This document shows, piece by piece, positions 9,721 to 20,130 of a stretch of 32,000 nucleotides of DNA. The notes under the pieces are model-generated. The model had not been told where the DNA came from, ran no database searches, and saw nothing but the letters and a program-made list of their open reading frames with translations. Position 1 is the stretch's first letter; the number at the start of each line of letters is the position of its first letter. The stretch covers positions 2,670,001 through 2,702,000 of the forward strand of contig NC_017039.1 of the NCBI RefSeq assembly GCF_000284455.1, read 5' to 3'. The position numbers and the translations under genes were made by a program. The stretch comes from Synechocystis sp. PCC 6803 substr. PCC-P (lineage in GTDB: Bacteria > Cyanobacteriota > Cyanobacteriia > Cyanobacteriales > Microcystaceae).

Positions 9721-10374
9721 CTATGGGGCACCACGACGAACCTGTTGCCATCGTAGTACTAACCCGAGGTTAATCTGTTTAGTGAACCAATAAAAAACAC
9801 TCAGAATCACCACGGTAACGCTAATAGCCAAGAGGGGACGGTGATGGGAAAGGCTTTGGGCTAAATTTTGCCCCACATCTTTGGGATCAGTGACCACGTG
9901 CCAACTGTTTAACCGCAGAAATCGACCCAGGTAAATACCGATCGCCGACAACAAATGGGCCATTAACTCCATGGGGAAAATCCACGCGGACCATTGCCGT
10001 TGCTCCAGATAATAACCGGCGTTGAGCAAGGACATGACATAGCATTGCCAACCCACATTTAGAAAGAGAAAAAATTGGGGCGTAGCGGTGAAAATCATGA
10101 CGCTAGTCGGTATCCCCTGCCGTACTAACTTGAAGTAGTGGATAATGTCCGTCAAAATGTAAGGGGCATTGGGTAAAAAAGCCACAAACACAGCAAAAAT
10201 TACCCACCACAACGGCGATCGGGGCCATGGTTGGCGCTGGGAATTCTGCCAACGGAATAACCAAACGCTTAGCACCAGGGGAATAATAGCCAAAAAAGTG
10301 TTCCAGGCAATGCGATCGCCATTGATGGCCAATACCTGCCAGGACAACCGTAGCCAGGAAATGATTAGTTCCAT
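9721..10374 (-). CDS. DUF1361-like integral membrane protein
   Basis: Multiple hydrophobic helices and the characteristic FLPNAPYILTDIIHY segment. Confidence 0.8.
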   Translation of the reverse strand: MELIISWLRLSWQVLAINGDRIAWNTFLAIIPLVLSVWLFRWQNSQRQPWPRSPLWWVIFAVFVAFLPNAPYILTDIIHYFKLVRQGIPTSVMIFTATPQFFLFLNVGWQCYVMSLLNAGYYLEQRQWSAWIFPMELMAHLLSAIGIYLGRFLRLNSWHVVTDPKDVGQNLAQSLSHHRPLLAISVTVVILSVFYWFTKQINLGLVLRWQQVRRGAP

Positions 10375-10378
10375 ACCC

Positions 10379-11053
10379 CTAATCCCTTAGTACGTAGCCC
10401 ACCCCCCGCACTGTCTGAATCAAACGAGGTTCCCCCGCCGCCTCCAACTTCAACCGCAGATAACGGATATAGACCTCAATGATGTTGGAATCCCCCATAA
10501 AGTCGTAGCCCCAGACCCGCTCTAAAATTTGTTCCCTAGTCAACACCTGGCGGGCATGGGAGAGCAGATAGTCCAACAGCTCGAATTCTTTGGCGGTGAG
10601 ATCAATCAGGCGATCGCCCCGTTGGATTTCCCTCGTACTGCGATTGAAACGTAGATCGGCGAATTGCAATACTTCATCGCTGGTGGTGTGGGTGCGGCGC
10701 AATTGCACCCGGATGCGAGCAAAAAATTCATCGGAGTTAAAGGGTTTGACAATGTAGTCATCGGCACCGGCATCTAACCCCATCACCCGTTCTTCCACGT
10801 CGTCCTTGGCGGTGATCAGAATAATGGGAATGCGACTGCCCATTTCCCTTAACCTCCGGCATAGCTCTAAACCGGACATGCCCGGCAGGGCTCCATTCAC
10901 AATGATTAAATCGGGGGGAAATTCCTGGGCTTGGGTAAAGCCCTTTAGGCCATCCCTAGCCACACTGACATCGTAGCCTTCATATTTGAGTTCCAACTCC
11001 ATAAATCGGGCTAACTTTTCTTCCTCTTCCACAACTAGAACACGGTGACTCAT
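10379..11053 (-). CDS. OmpR/PhoB-family response regulator with atypical receiver
   Basis: Receiver plus winged-helix output (LTAKEFELLDYLLSHARQVLTREQILERVWGYD...TVRGVGYVLRD). Expected phospho-acceptor is Asn53 (DLIIVNGALPGMSG). Confidence 0.93.
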   Translation of the reverse strand: MSHRVLVVEEEEKLARFMELELKYEGYDVSVARDGLKGFTQAQEFPPDLIIVNGALPGMSGLELCRRLREMGSRIPIILITAKDDVEERVMGLDAGADDYIVKPFNSDEFFARIRVQLRRTHTTSDEVLQFADLRFNRSTREIQRGDRLIDLTAKEFELLDYLLSHARQVLTREQILERVWGYDFMGDSNIIEVYIRYLRLKLEAAGEPRLIQTVRGVGYVLRD

Positions 11054-11269
11054 GGCAAACTAGGCGATCGCATAGCAAATATGTTCATCCTAAGGCCCCA
11101 TTGCGGCTTTCAACCTGGGTTAAGCCAAGGGGAAGGTCTCAAAACGTTGCAACCTTTCAAAAACATGGCCCAGAAAAAATTTCCCCTGAGGAAGAAGCCA
11201 TGGCAACAGCCAATGAATTTGAATGGGTTTAATCGTTTAATTACCTGTAATTACCTGGGTGATATTTTC

Positions 11270-11908
11270 TTAAGTGCCGTACCGATCGCGCAAGTCCTGG
11301 TTGAGGTGGGAGCGATCGCCCATGACTTCAATCAGAGGACCATGTTCGGACATGGTGACAATACTCACCGCCGCAACAGGCATACCAATGCGGTCTCGAA
11401 AACGGCCAATGTCAATGCCCAGCAAGCTACAGAGCATAATGCGGATGGTGGACTTGTGGGACACCACCAACACATTCCCCGTGGTAAAAGTTCGTTCAAT
11501 TTCTTCTAGCACCTCCGAGCTACGGCGGGCAATATCAATGCCCTTTTCTCCCCCAGAAGGAGCATTCCAACCTGGATCGGCTAACCAGCGCACATAATCG
11601 TCATGGAATTGTTGATTAACTTCCGCCGGGGTTTTTCCTTCCCATTCCCCATAGGCAATTTCCTTCAGACCATCCCGTTTTTGAATGGGGAGATTAATCA
11701 ATTTACTTAGGGGAGTGGCAGTGGCCATGGTGCGGTGCAGGGGACTGGCAAAAATAGCCGTCCAGCTCACATCCTTGTAGGCTTCGGCAAATTGGTGGGC
11801 CATCTGGTAACCGTGGCTGGTGAGGTCAATGTCCAGGCGGCCACAAAAGGTCCCTGTCTGGCTAGAAGTGGTTTCGCCGTGGCGCAAAAAGTAGAGATTG
11901 AGGGTCAT
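11270..11908 (-). CDS. Histidine phosphatase superfamily (phosphoglycerate-mutase-like)
   Basis: LYFLRHGETTSSQTGTFCG (RHG motif), later FTTGNVLVVSHKSTIRIML with second catalytic His. Confidence 0.88.
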   Translation of the reverse strand: MTLNLYFLRHGETTSSQTGTFCGRLDIDLTSHGYQMAHQFAEAYKDVSWTAIFASPLHRTMATATPLSKLINLPIQKRDGLKEIAYGEWEGKTPAEVNQQFHDDYVRWLADPGWNAPSGGEKGIDIARRSSEVLEEIERTFTTGNVLVVSHKSTIRIMLCSLLGIDIGRFRDRIGMPVAAVSIVTMSEHGPLIEVMGDRSHLNQDLRDRYGT

Positions 11909-12024
11909 AATGGGCGATTTTCTCGATAGCTTGTGTGGTTTACGGTTAATTGGCTTTAATACTGGCGGTTTTGCTAGCTAGACTAACTGCTTACCAAGGT
12001 TTAGGGTACAGCTTCACCGGGTAG

Positions 12025-12651
12025 TTATGGCTCCACCCGACGCCAAGTACAGTAGGGACAATCGTTTTCCCCCACCGCATTAAATCTCATATATTGCCCA
12101 GGCAAAATATTCTCAAATTTGATTGTTTTGGTTTCACCGTCCTTGGTACATTGGGCTGTGACCACGGTGGCGGTGGCGGAATCCACTTCACAGTCGATGG
12201 TGGTAATAACTTCATTGCTGTCAGCAGCGCTCATTTGCAATTGATTTCCGCTAATTTTCAGGGAAACCATGCCAAACATTAGATTCAGCAGTCCAGATAA
12301 TGCTTCCATGTCTTCCTCTGGCTTATAGTCGGGACTTTCTCTGTGGGCTTCCATGGTTTTTTCATAATCGAATTTCCAGACGCCTTGAAAAGGTTGCAGT
12401 CCATCGCCAGCATCTATAGCGGGAGTGGTACTGGGACTATGGGGGTCACCATTGTCAGCCTTGGGGCCCATGATGGAGGGCAAACTTTCCCAACAACGGG
12501 AATTGCGTTGGGCCAGTGCCCCTATTTCAGCACAATCTAGGGCGATCGCCGGGGAGGATATGACCAGAGTTCCTAGGTAAACACTAGCCAGGGTGGGGAC
12601 TACAGCAGGCCATAGGGCTGGGCTGATGAGGGAAAAATACTGGTTACGCAT
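12025..12651 (-). CDS. Predicted exported protein of unknown function
   Basis: N-terminal signal-like hydrophobic segment ending SSPAIALD, several Cys, coherent 208-aa ORF with no longer competitor. Confidence 0.6.
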   Translation of the reverse strand: MRNQYFSLISPALWPAVVPTLASVYLGTLVISSPAIALDCAEIGALAQRNSRCWESLPSIMGPKADNGDPHSPSTTPAIDAGDGLQPFQGVWKFDYEKTMEAHRESPDYKPEEDMEALSGLLNLMFGMVSLKISGNQLQMSAADSNEVITTIDCEVDSATATVVTAQCTKDGETKTIKFENILPGQYMRFNAVGENDCPYCTWRRVEP

Positions 12652-12785
12652 GGGGATAAAGGGGGAAAGGGGCGCAATGGCAAAACCGGCTAGGGGAAAG
12701 GGAAGAGAAATGGCGATCGGGAGCCGGAACGGTATGATGATGCCGATGGCTTTTGCCTATGACCTAAACAATCTCCACCCACTTT

Positions 12786-14882
12786 ATGGATGGCCTATTC
12801 GCACCAATTCCGAGTAACCCTTTAATTGACTTCACTATTTTATTATTGGTGACCCTGATCCTGCCGCCCATTTTTGAGCGCTTGAAATTACCAGGACTGG
12901 TGGGACTTTTGTTTGCCGGCATTGTGTTGGGCAAAAGTGGTTTGGGGGTGCTGAATGAAGATTCGGAAAGCATCAAACTCTTCACCGACATCGGCAAAAT
13001 TTACCTGATGTTTGTAGCGGGGCTGGAAATTGACATGGTGGATTTCCGCCGGACCAGGAACCGTTCGCTACTGTATGGTTCCCTCACCTTTGCGGTGCCA
13101 TTGCTGACGGGGTTGGCGGTGGGGTTGACCTTTGGCTATTCCTTCAATGCGTCTGTGTTGCTCGGCTCTCTGTTTGCTTCCCATACTTTGTTGGGTTATC
13201 CCATTGTGCAGCGATTGGGCATAGTCCGAAATCAAGCGGTGATGGTCACCATTGGGGCCACAATTTTCACTGACATTGCCGCTTTATTGGTTTTAGCCAT
13301 TTGTATTTCCATCCACAGTGGCAGTTTTTCCCCAGCGGGTTTGGTGGTGCAATTGGTGGCGATCGCCGTTTACAGTGCCTTGGTTTTAATTGGTTTTGAT
13401 TGGGCGGGACGGGAATATTTTCGTCGCACCGGGGATGAACAGAGTAACCAATTTCTCTTTGTGTTGCTGGCGGTGTTCCTCGCTTCAGTGGGGTCAGAGT
13501 TAATCAATGTGGACAAAATTGTCGGCGCATTTCTGGCGGGGCTAGCGGTAAATGATGTGCTGGGCAACAGCCCCGTAAAGGAAAAGGTGGAATTCCTAGG
13601 AACTACCCTATTTATTCCATTCTTCTTCATTGGCATTGGGCTGCTGTTGGATCTGCCGGCTTTTTTGGTGACTTTGACCACTCTATTCCCTTTGGTGGTG
13701 GCCATTGTGGTGGGGTTAATTCTCTCCAAAGGGGTGGCGGCGATTTTAGCCCAATGGAAACTAGGTTATACCTGGGTGGAGGGTTTAACCATGTGGTCCC
13801 TCTCCATTCCCCAGGTGGCGGCTACATTGGCGGCAGCGGTGGCCGGATACCAAGCAGTTAATGCCGCTGGCGATCGCCTGGTGTCGGAGACGGTGTTAAA
13901 CACCATCATTGTTTTAATGCTGATTACGTCTATCGTTGGCCCGTTGATGACGGCTAAATTTGCCCCCAAAATTCCGATTCCCAATACTCTGTCCAGTTTG
14001 ACAGAAGATTTAGACGACCCCGAGGAAAATGGGGCCGTAACCCTAATCCCCCCCAAGGCTTCTACCTTCACCGTATTGGTGCCCACCCAAAATCCCCAAA
14101 CCTTGAGCTATTTGTTGGAAATGGGAGCCCTGATCGCCCGCCATGAAAGTGGGGTGGTGATTCCCCTGGCGATCGCCAAAGCGCCGGTGCACATGGATGA
14201 TCCTGGGTTAACCAGCCGGTTAGCTAGAAATGAGCTGTTACTGCAACAGGCTACGGAACTGGCCACCAATCTGAAAGTCGATGCCCACCCAGCCCTCCGC
14301 ATTGATGATGATGTGGCCCGGGCCATTAGCCATACTGCCAGGGAAAAAAATGCGGACTTAATCATCATGGGTTGGAGTCAACAAACCCTTGGTTTACGGG
14401 CTAAATTATTCGGTAGCACCATTGACAGTGTGTTCTGGTCGGCCCATTGTCCCGTGGCGGTGATGCGGTTATTGTCTGACCCCCGTTCTTTCCATCGCAT
14501 TCTCTTCCCCATCAAAAATCTCACCCCCCAAACGTTGGAGTTATTCCAGTTCACCCAGCGCTTAGCGGAAACCAACGGAGCCATTGTTACCCTGCTCCAT
14601 GTTTGTCCCCACAACACCTCCCCACAACAGGTGCAAGCGTTTAAAACGGAAATGGAACGGTTTCTAAACCAATGTCGGGCCACGGCGGACTATCCCATTA
14701 AAGTCATTTGCCATGACGATGCCGCTAAGGTGCTTGTGCGGGTCTCCCACACCTTTGACCTGGTGGTGCTCCGTTCTTTCCGCCGGCGATCGGTGGGGGG
14801 AGTGGCCCTGGGGGAAGTGACCGATAAAATTTTGCGGGAAATTACCAGTTCCTTCGTCTTGTTTGGCGATCCCTACGCCTAG
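12786..14882 (+). CDS. nhaS5: Na+/H+ antiporter (CPA2 type) with C-terminal universal-stress-like domain(s); likely nhaS5
   Basis: About 400 aa of TM helices typical of the CPA2 fold, then cytosolic region with UspA-like ARNELLLQQATELATNLKVD...EKNADLIIMGW and a second HRILFPIKNLTPQTLELFQFTQRLAE...LLHV segment. Confidence 0.85.
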   Translation: MDGLFAPIPSNPLIDFTILLLVTLILPPIFERLKLPGLVGLLFAGIVLGKSGLGVLNEDSESIKLFTDIGKIYLMFVAGLEIDMVDFRRTRNRSLLYGSLTFAVPLLTGLAVGLTFGYSFNASVLLGSLFASHTLLGYPIVQRLGIVRNQAVMVTIGATIFTDIAALLVLAICISIHSGSFSPAGLVVQLVAIAVYSALVLIGFDWAGREYFRRTGDEQSNQFLFVLLAVFLASVGSELINVDKIVGAFLAGLAVNDVLGNSPVKEKVEFLGTTLFIPFFFIGIGLLLDLPAFLVTLTTLFPLVVAIVVGLILSKGVAAILAQWKLGYTWVEGLTMWSLSIPQVAATLAAAVAGYQAVNAAGDRLVSETVLNTIIVLMLITSIVGPLMTAKFAPKIPIPNTLSSLTEDLDDPEENGAVTLIPPKASTFTVLVPTQNPQTLSYLLEMGALIARHESGVVIPLAIAKAPVHMDDPGLTSRLARNELLLQQATELATNLKVDAHPALRIDDDVARAISHTAREKNADLIIMGWSQQTLGLRAKLFGSTIDSVFWSAHCPVAVMRLLSDPRSFHRILFPIKNLTPQTLELFQFTQRLAETNGAIVTLLHVCPHNTSPQQVQAFKTEMERFLNQCRATADYPIKVICHDDAAKVLVRVSHTFDLVVLRSFRRRSVGGVALGEVTDKILREITSSFVLFGDPYA

Positions 14883-14935
14883 CCTGCGTTATTTGTTGGT
14901 CTAAATTCAGATAGTTAGTTTATGGGAGAAAAGCA

Positions 14936-15376
14936 ATGGAAGAATTGTTAGAACTGAAAACGTTATTGTCCCAAGGGAATGTTTCTGATGCTCTGGTGTT
15001 GGTGGAGGAAATGACGGAAATGAGTAGGGACGATAAGATTAATAAAATTAGTAGTTATGCCAAGATACTTCTACTACATTTGATTAAACGACAGGCGGAA
15101 AAACGCAGTACCCGCTCGTGGGATTTATCGATCGCCAATTCAGTGGACGAAATCCAAAAAACTAATCGACGGCGCAAAGCAGGGGGCACCTATTTATCTT
15201 CAGAAGAGTTGAGGGAAGCCTTAACTGATGCCTATCGAATTGCCCTGGCCGGGGCGGCGGCGGAAGCTTTTGAAGGTCGCTATTCCAGTGAAGAATTGGC
15301 TAAAATGGTCGATTACAGTGCCCTAATCAATGATGCTTTAGATTTAATTACATCGACTTTACCTGACAAAAACTAG
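14936..15376 (+). CDS. DUF29-like protein
   Basis: EEMTEMSRDDKINKISSYAKILLLHLIKRQAEKRSTRSWDLSI resembles the DUF29 core (Ser-Arg-Ser-Trp region). Confidence 0.6.
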   Translation: MEELLELKTLLSQGNVSDALVLVEEMTEMSRDDKINKISSYAKILLLHLIKRQAEKRSTRSWDLSIANSVDEIQKTNRRRKAGGTYLSSEELREALTDAYRIALAGAAAEAFEGRYSSEELAKMVDYSALINDALDLITSTLPDKN

Positions 15377-15778
15377 GTTTTATTTGTGTTGATCGCCATT
15401 TGACTTCCAACAACCAAAATCAGATAAGGGTGGTAATTATTTAATTGATTCACCATGGCGATCGCCAAGTTTTTTTCCCATAAGAGATAATTTTTCAGAA
15501 TTTGTTTGCAGAGTTTTATTCTGTCCTCTAAAACGACCCACGGAAGCTCGGGCAATACTAGGTAAATTTCAGGCGGTTTCCCCTTAACGTTGAGGAGGGG
15601 ACTTTTCAAACAAACTTTAGAGTGAAAATTGAGGAGCAATCGGAGAGGGCATTAGGGCTGTGGAGGCTCCCACCCTGGCCAATGGTAGAATAGAGGCTGT
15701 TTTGAGCCCTGTTATCTGTTCCCCTTGGGGGGAATTGGAGCCCAACTCAAACCTTTCAAACTGCCTTGGAGTAATTGC

Positions 15779-18361
15779 ATGACTGACTCGCCCGATCGCC
15801 TGATTGCGACTGACCTCAGAAACGAAATGTCACAGTCATACCTGGAATATGCCATGAGTGTGATTGTTGGGCGGGCGTTACCCGATGCACGGGATGGGTT
15901 GAAGCCAGTCCATCGGCGCATTCTCTATGCCATGTACGAGCTGGGGCTGACCCCCGATCGCCCCTTTCGGAAATGTGCCCGGGTGGTGGGGGAAGTGCTG
16001 GGGAAATATCATCCCCACGGTGATACGGCGGTGTACGATGCCTTGGTGCGCATGGCCCAGGACTTTTCCATGCGGGAACCGCTTATTGACGGCCACGGGA
16101 ACTTTGGCTCCGTGGATAATGATCCCCCGGCGGCGATGCGGTACACGGAATCTCGCCTTAGACCCCTTTCCACCAACTCGTTATTGCGGGACATTGAGGC
16201 GGAAACCGTAGATTTCATTGATAACTTTGACGGTTCCCAACAGGAACCCACCGTTCTCCCGGCCCGCATTCCCCAACTATTGATTAACGGTTCCTCCGGC
16301 ATTGCCGTGGGCATGGCCACCAATATCCCCCCCCATAACCTCGGGGAAGTGATCGACGGAGCGATCGCCTTAATTCGTAACCCCGAAATCACCGAACAGG
16401 AATTAATGCAGATTATTCCCGGCCCGGACTTTCCCACCGGGGCCCAGATCCTCGGGCGATCGGGCATTCGGGAAGCCTATTTAACCGGCCGGGGCTCCAT
16501 CACCATGCGGGGGGTGGCCTCCATTGAAACCATGGAACATCCTGGGCGGCCTGACCGGGATGCCATTATCGTCACCGAGCTACCCTACCAAACCAATAAA
16601 GCCGCTTTAATTGAACGCATTGCGGATCTGGTTAACGATAAAAAAATTGACGGCATTGCCGACATCCGGGACGAGAGCGATCGAGATGGTATGCGCATTG
16701 TCATTGAACTGAAGCGGGATGCCTACGCTCGGGTGGTGCTCAATAATCTTTACAAACAAACTCCCATCCAGAGTAACTTTGGGGCGAATTTGTTGGCGCT
16801 GGTTAACGGCACTCCTGAAGTTCTCACCATTAAAAAATTCCTCACTGTCTTTTGGGAATTTCGCATTGAAACCATTACCCGCCGTACCCGCTACGAATTG
16901 CGGAAAGCGGAAGAACGGGATCATCTGCTCCAGGGATTGTTGATTGCGCTGGATAACCTGGATGCGGTCATTCGTCTGATTCGGGGAGCGGCGGACACGG
17001 CCTCTGCCAAAACGGAACTGGTGGAAGGCTTTTCCCTCTCCGAAGTGCAGGCCGATGCCATTTTGCAAATGCAACTGCGCCGGTTAACGGCTTTGGAAGC
17101 GGATAAAATCACCGCTGAACATGATGAACTGCAAACCAAAATCGCCGATTTCCAAGATATTTTGGCCCGCCGGGAAAGGGTTAATGCCATCATCGAAGAA
17201 GAATTGGAGCAAATTAAGGCTATTCACGCCACTCCCCGCCGCACCGTCATTGTCCAAGAAGATGGGGAATTAATTGACACGGATTTAATTGCCAATGACC
17301 AAGCCCTAATTTTATTGACGGAACAGGGTTACATCAAACGGATGCCCGCCAGCACCTTTGGTACCCAAAACCGTGCCACCAGAGGTAAAGCCGCCGCCAA
17401 GATTAAAGATGACGATGGAGTGGAGCATTTCCTTTCCTGCTGTGACCACGATAAAGTGCTGTTCTTTAGCGATCGGGGGGTGGTCTATAGCCTCAACGCT
17501 TACCAAATTCCCATTGCTTCCCGCACGGCCCGGGGGGTGCCCATTGTGCAGATGTTGCCCATCCCCAAGGATGAAAAAATTACCTCCCTAGTGTCTGTTT
17601 CAGAATTTGACGATGATACCTATTTCATCATGCTGACCAAACAGGGCTACATCAAAAAAACTGCCCTCTCGGCTTTTAGTAATATCCGGGCCAATGGGTT
17701 AATCGCCATTTCCTTGGTGGAAGGGGATCAATTGCGTTGGGTTCGTTTAGCCAAAGCGGAAGATAGCGTCATTATCGGTTCCCAAAAGGGTATGGCTATC
17801 CATTTCAAAGCGGATCAGGATGAACTGCGGGCCCTCGGTCGGGCCACCAGGGGGGTTAAATCCATGCGGCTCCGGTCTGGGGATGCGCTGATCAGTATGG
17901 ATATTTTGCCGAGCCAGGTGGTGGCCAATATTGCCGTTGGTTCCGAAGATGAGCCGGATGAGGACTTAGGGGGCGATACCGATGCCATTTTGGAAGAAAG
18001 CGACAATCCTGGCCCCTGGTTGCTGGGGGTAACCATGAAGGGTTTCGGCAAACGGGTGCCCATTGGTCAATTCCGCTTGCAACATCGGGCCGGCCTGGGA
18101 GTGAAAGCGATCCGCTTTAAATCCAAAGATGACCAGCTAGTGGCCCTCCATGTGGTCAACGCCGATGACGAGTTGATGATTGTCACCAACCGGGGCATTA
18201 TTATCCGCCAGTCCGTGAACGATATTTCCCCCCAATCCCGTAGTGCCACTGGGGTGCGGGTACAAAGGTTAGATGCCGATGATGCGATCGCCGCTGTGGC
18301 CCTAGTGCCTCCTTCTGGGGAAGAAGAATTGGCAGAAATGTCGGAAAGCGAAGAGAGCTGA
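15779..18361 (+). CDS. gyrA: DNA gyrase/topoisomerase IV subunit A paralog
   Basis: [89 protein letters not shown] 15779 is preceded by TTGGAG; the ORF track start at 15725 is probably too early. Confidence 0.93.
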   Translation: MTDSPDRLIATDLRNEMSQSYLEYAMSVIVGRALPDARDGLKPVHRRILYAMYELGLTPDRPFRKCARVVGEVLGKYHPHGDTAVYDALVRMAQDFSMREPLIDGHGNFGSVDNDPPAAMRYTESRLRPLSTNSLLRDIEAETVDFIDNFDGSQQEPTVLPARIPQLLINGSSGIAVGMATNIPPHNLGEVIDGAIALIRNPEITEQELMQIIPGPDFPTGAQILGRSGIREAYLTGRGSITMRGVASIETMEHPGRPDRDAIIVTELPYQTNKAALIERIADLVNDKKIDGIADIRDESDRDGMRIVIELKRDAYARVVLNNLYKQTPIQSNFGANLLALVNGTPEVLTIKKFLTVFWEFRIETITRRTRYELRKAEERDHLLQGLLIALDNLDAVIRLIRGAADTASAKTELVEGFSLSEVQADAILQMQLRRLTALEADKITAEHDELQTKIADFQDILARRERVNAIIEEELEQIKAIHATPRRTVIVQEDGELIDTDLIANDQALILLTEQGYIKRMPASTFGTQNRATRGKAAAKIKDDDGVEHFLSCCDHDKVLFFSDRGVVYSLNAYQIPIASRTARGVPIVQMLPIPKDEKITSLVSVSEFDDDTYFIMLTKQGYIKKTALSAFSNIRANGLIAISLVEGDQLRWVRLAKAEDSVIIGSQKGMAIHFKADQDELRALGRATRGVKSMRLRSGDALISMDILPSQVVANIAVGSEDEPDEDLGGDTDAILEESDNPGPWLLGVTMKGFGKRVPIGQFRLQHRAGLGVKAIRFKSKDDQLVALHVVNADDELMIVTNRGIIIRQSVNDISPQSRSATGVRVQRLDADDAIAAVALVPPSGEEELAEMSESEES

Positions 18362-19272
18362 TGGCCCCCCAACCTACCGCAACCACTACCCTGGCCGTTG
18401 TGGGGGATATCCATGAACAATGGGAATTGGCGGACCACCAAGCTCTCCAGGCGATCGGCGTAGACTTGGCACTATTTGTGGGGGATTTTGGCAACGAATC
18501 ATTGCCGGTGGTCAGCTTGATTGCCTCCTTACCCATTCCCAAGGCAACGGTATTTGGTAACCACGATGCTTGGTTCACCGCCTCCGATTGGGGGCGCAAA
18601 AAGTGCCCCTACGATCGCCAAAAAGAAGACCGGGTGAAAGCTCAGCAGGAACTCCTGGGGTTGGCAGATGTTAGCTATGGCCGCCGGGATTTTCAGCAAT
18701 TTAGCCTCTCGGTGGTGGGGGGCAGGCCTTTTACCTGGGGGGGCAATGAATGGAAGAATAAACAGTTTATGCGGGAACGATATGGCATGGAAAGTTTTGC
18801 CCAGTCCCAAACCCACATTGCCGCAACGGCCCTGGCTAGCCCCCATGAAACGTTAATTTTTCTGGCCCACAATGGTCCCACCGGCTTAGGAAATCATGCC
18901 GAATCCATCTGTGGTCGGGATTGGAATCCCATCGGCGGCGATTTTGGCGATCCGGATCTGGCCTGGGCGATCGCCTCTGTGCGGGAGCAGGGTAAACAGG
19001 TACCATTGGTGACCTTCGGCCATATGCACCATCGCCTTAGACATCGTCAGGATCGTCTGCGGGAGAGGGTTTATGTGGATCATCAAGGAACGGTATATCT
19101 GAATGCGGCCTGTGTACCCCGCATCCAAACGGAAAAAGACGGTTTGCCCGCTGCCCGTAATTTTTCCCTGGTGACTTTGGTGAATGGCACTGTGGAAAAA
19201 ATCACCCTGGTGTGGTTACGGAATAACGGAGAAATTATCAGCCAGGAAACCCTTTGGATTAGTGCCCATTAA
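18361..19272 (+). CDS. Calcineurin-like metallophosphoesterase
   Basis: GDIHEQWE, FVGDFGNE, FGNHD, LAHNGPTGLG, TFGHMHHRL: the metallophosphoesterase metal-ligand motifs. Starts inside the gyrA stop codon (TGATG). Confidence 0.88.
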   Translation: MAPQPTATTTLAVVGDIHEQWELADHQALQAIGVDLALFVGDFGNESLPVVSLIASLPIPKATVFGNHDAWFTASDWGRKKCPYDRQKEDRVKAQQELLGLADVSYGRRDFQQFSLSVVGGRPFTWGGNEWKNKQFMRERYGMESFAQSQTHIAATALASPHETLIFLAHNGPTGLGNHAESICGRDWNPIGGDFGDPDLAWAIASVREQGKQVPLVTFGHMHHRLRHRQDRLRERVYVDHQGTVYLNAACVPRIQTEKDGLPAARNFSLVTLVNGTVEKITLVWLRNNGEIISQETLWISAH

Positions 19273-19354
19273 CTTCTCTCGACCCGGTCTATCTGATTAT
19301 GCAGGAATTCTAGGAAGCCGGAGCTGAGCTTTCCCCACAGTTTGCTGATCGCCT

Positions 19355-20110
19355 TTAACGGAGAGAATAGGGTTTTTCCAGACCATGGCTTTCCATCAGG
19401 GTTTGGTCGGCCATAATTTCCTGGGCCGGGCCGTCGGCGACAATCTGCCCTTGGTCAATGATTATGACCCGGTTGCAGACTTCCAGCACAAATTCCAGAT
19501 CGTGGGAGGAAATTAGTAACGTTTGCTGGAACTGCCCCAAAAAGTTAATCAACTGACGGCGGGCTTTAATATCCAGACTAGCGGTGGGTTCATCACAGAG
19601 TAAAATTTTCGGGGCCATGGCTAACAAACCGGCGATCGCCACCATTTGCTTTTCCCCCCCGGATAAATGTTGGGGTAGACGATCTAACAAAGAAGTAATG
19701 CCAGTTAACTCCGCCGCTTGGTTAACCCTCTCCGTCACTTGAGCCGGGGATAAGCCCATATTTTGTGGCCCAAAGGCAATGTCATCCCAAACGGAGGTAG
19801 CAAATAGTTGGTCTGTGGGATTTTGAAACAGGAAACCCACTTCAGGCAAAAATTTTCCCGCTTCCAGGGCCTGGCCCAATAACTGGATGGTGCCAGCGCT
19901 AGCTTTTAACAGTCCGCAAAGCAGTAAAAATAAGGTAGTTTTGCCACAACCGTTATGGCCAATAATGCCTAGCCTTTCCCCTGGGGCGACTTGCCAAGCT
20001 AAATTGTTTAGTACTGGAGTTTGTCCGCCATAGGCAAAGGATAATTCCCGCACCCTAATTGCCGGTGGTATGGGTGACTTAATTGCTTCCTTTTCTTGGC
20101 TCCGGTCCAT
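19355..20110 (-). CDS. cbiO: ECF transporter ATPase (Co/Ni), CbiO/NikO
   Basis: Walker A GHNGCGKTT, signature LSGGEKQ, Walker B ILLCDEPT. ORF is open to 20209; ATG at 20110 avoids overlap with the upstream gene and begins MDRSQEKEAIKSPIPP. Confidence 0.9.
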   Translation of the reverse strand: MDRSQEKEAIKSPIPPAIRVRELSFAYGGQTPVLNNLAWQVAPGERLGIIGHNGCGKTTLFLLLCGLLKASAGTIQLLGQALEAGKFLPEVGFLFQNPTDQLFATSVWDDIAFGPQNMGLSPAQVTERVNQAAELTGITSLLDRLPQHLSGGEKQMVAIAGLLAMAPKILLCDEPTASLDIKARRQLINFLGQFQQTLLISSHDLEFVLEVCNRVIIIDQGQIVADGPAQEIMADQTLMESHGLEKPYSLR

Positions 20111-20130
20111 GGCCCGCACATTGGTTCCCG

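Noticed and set aside
11045-11509. 154-aa plus-strand ORF
   Set aside because: Much of it is antisense to the histidine-phosphatase gene, and its composition is typical of an antisense shadow frame.
15373-15639. Minus-strand 88-aa ORF between the DUF29-like gene and gyrA
   Set aside because: Starts with TTG, no clear Shine-Dalgarno, no motif; might be real but I cannot support it.
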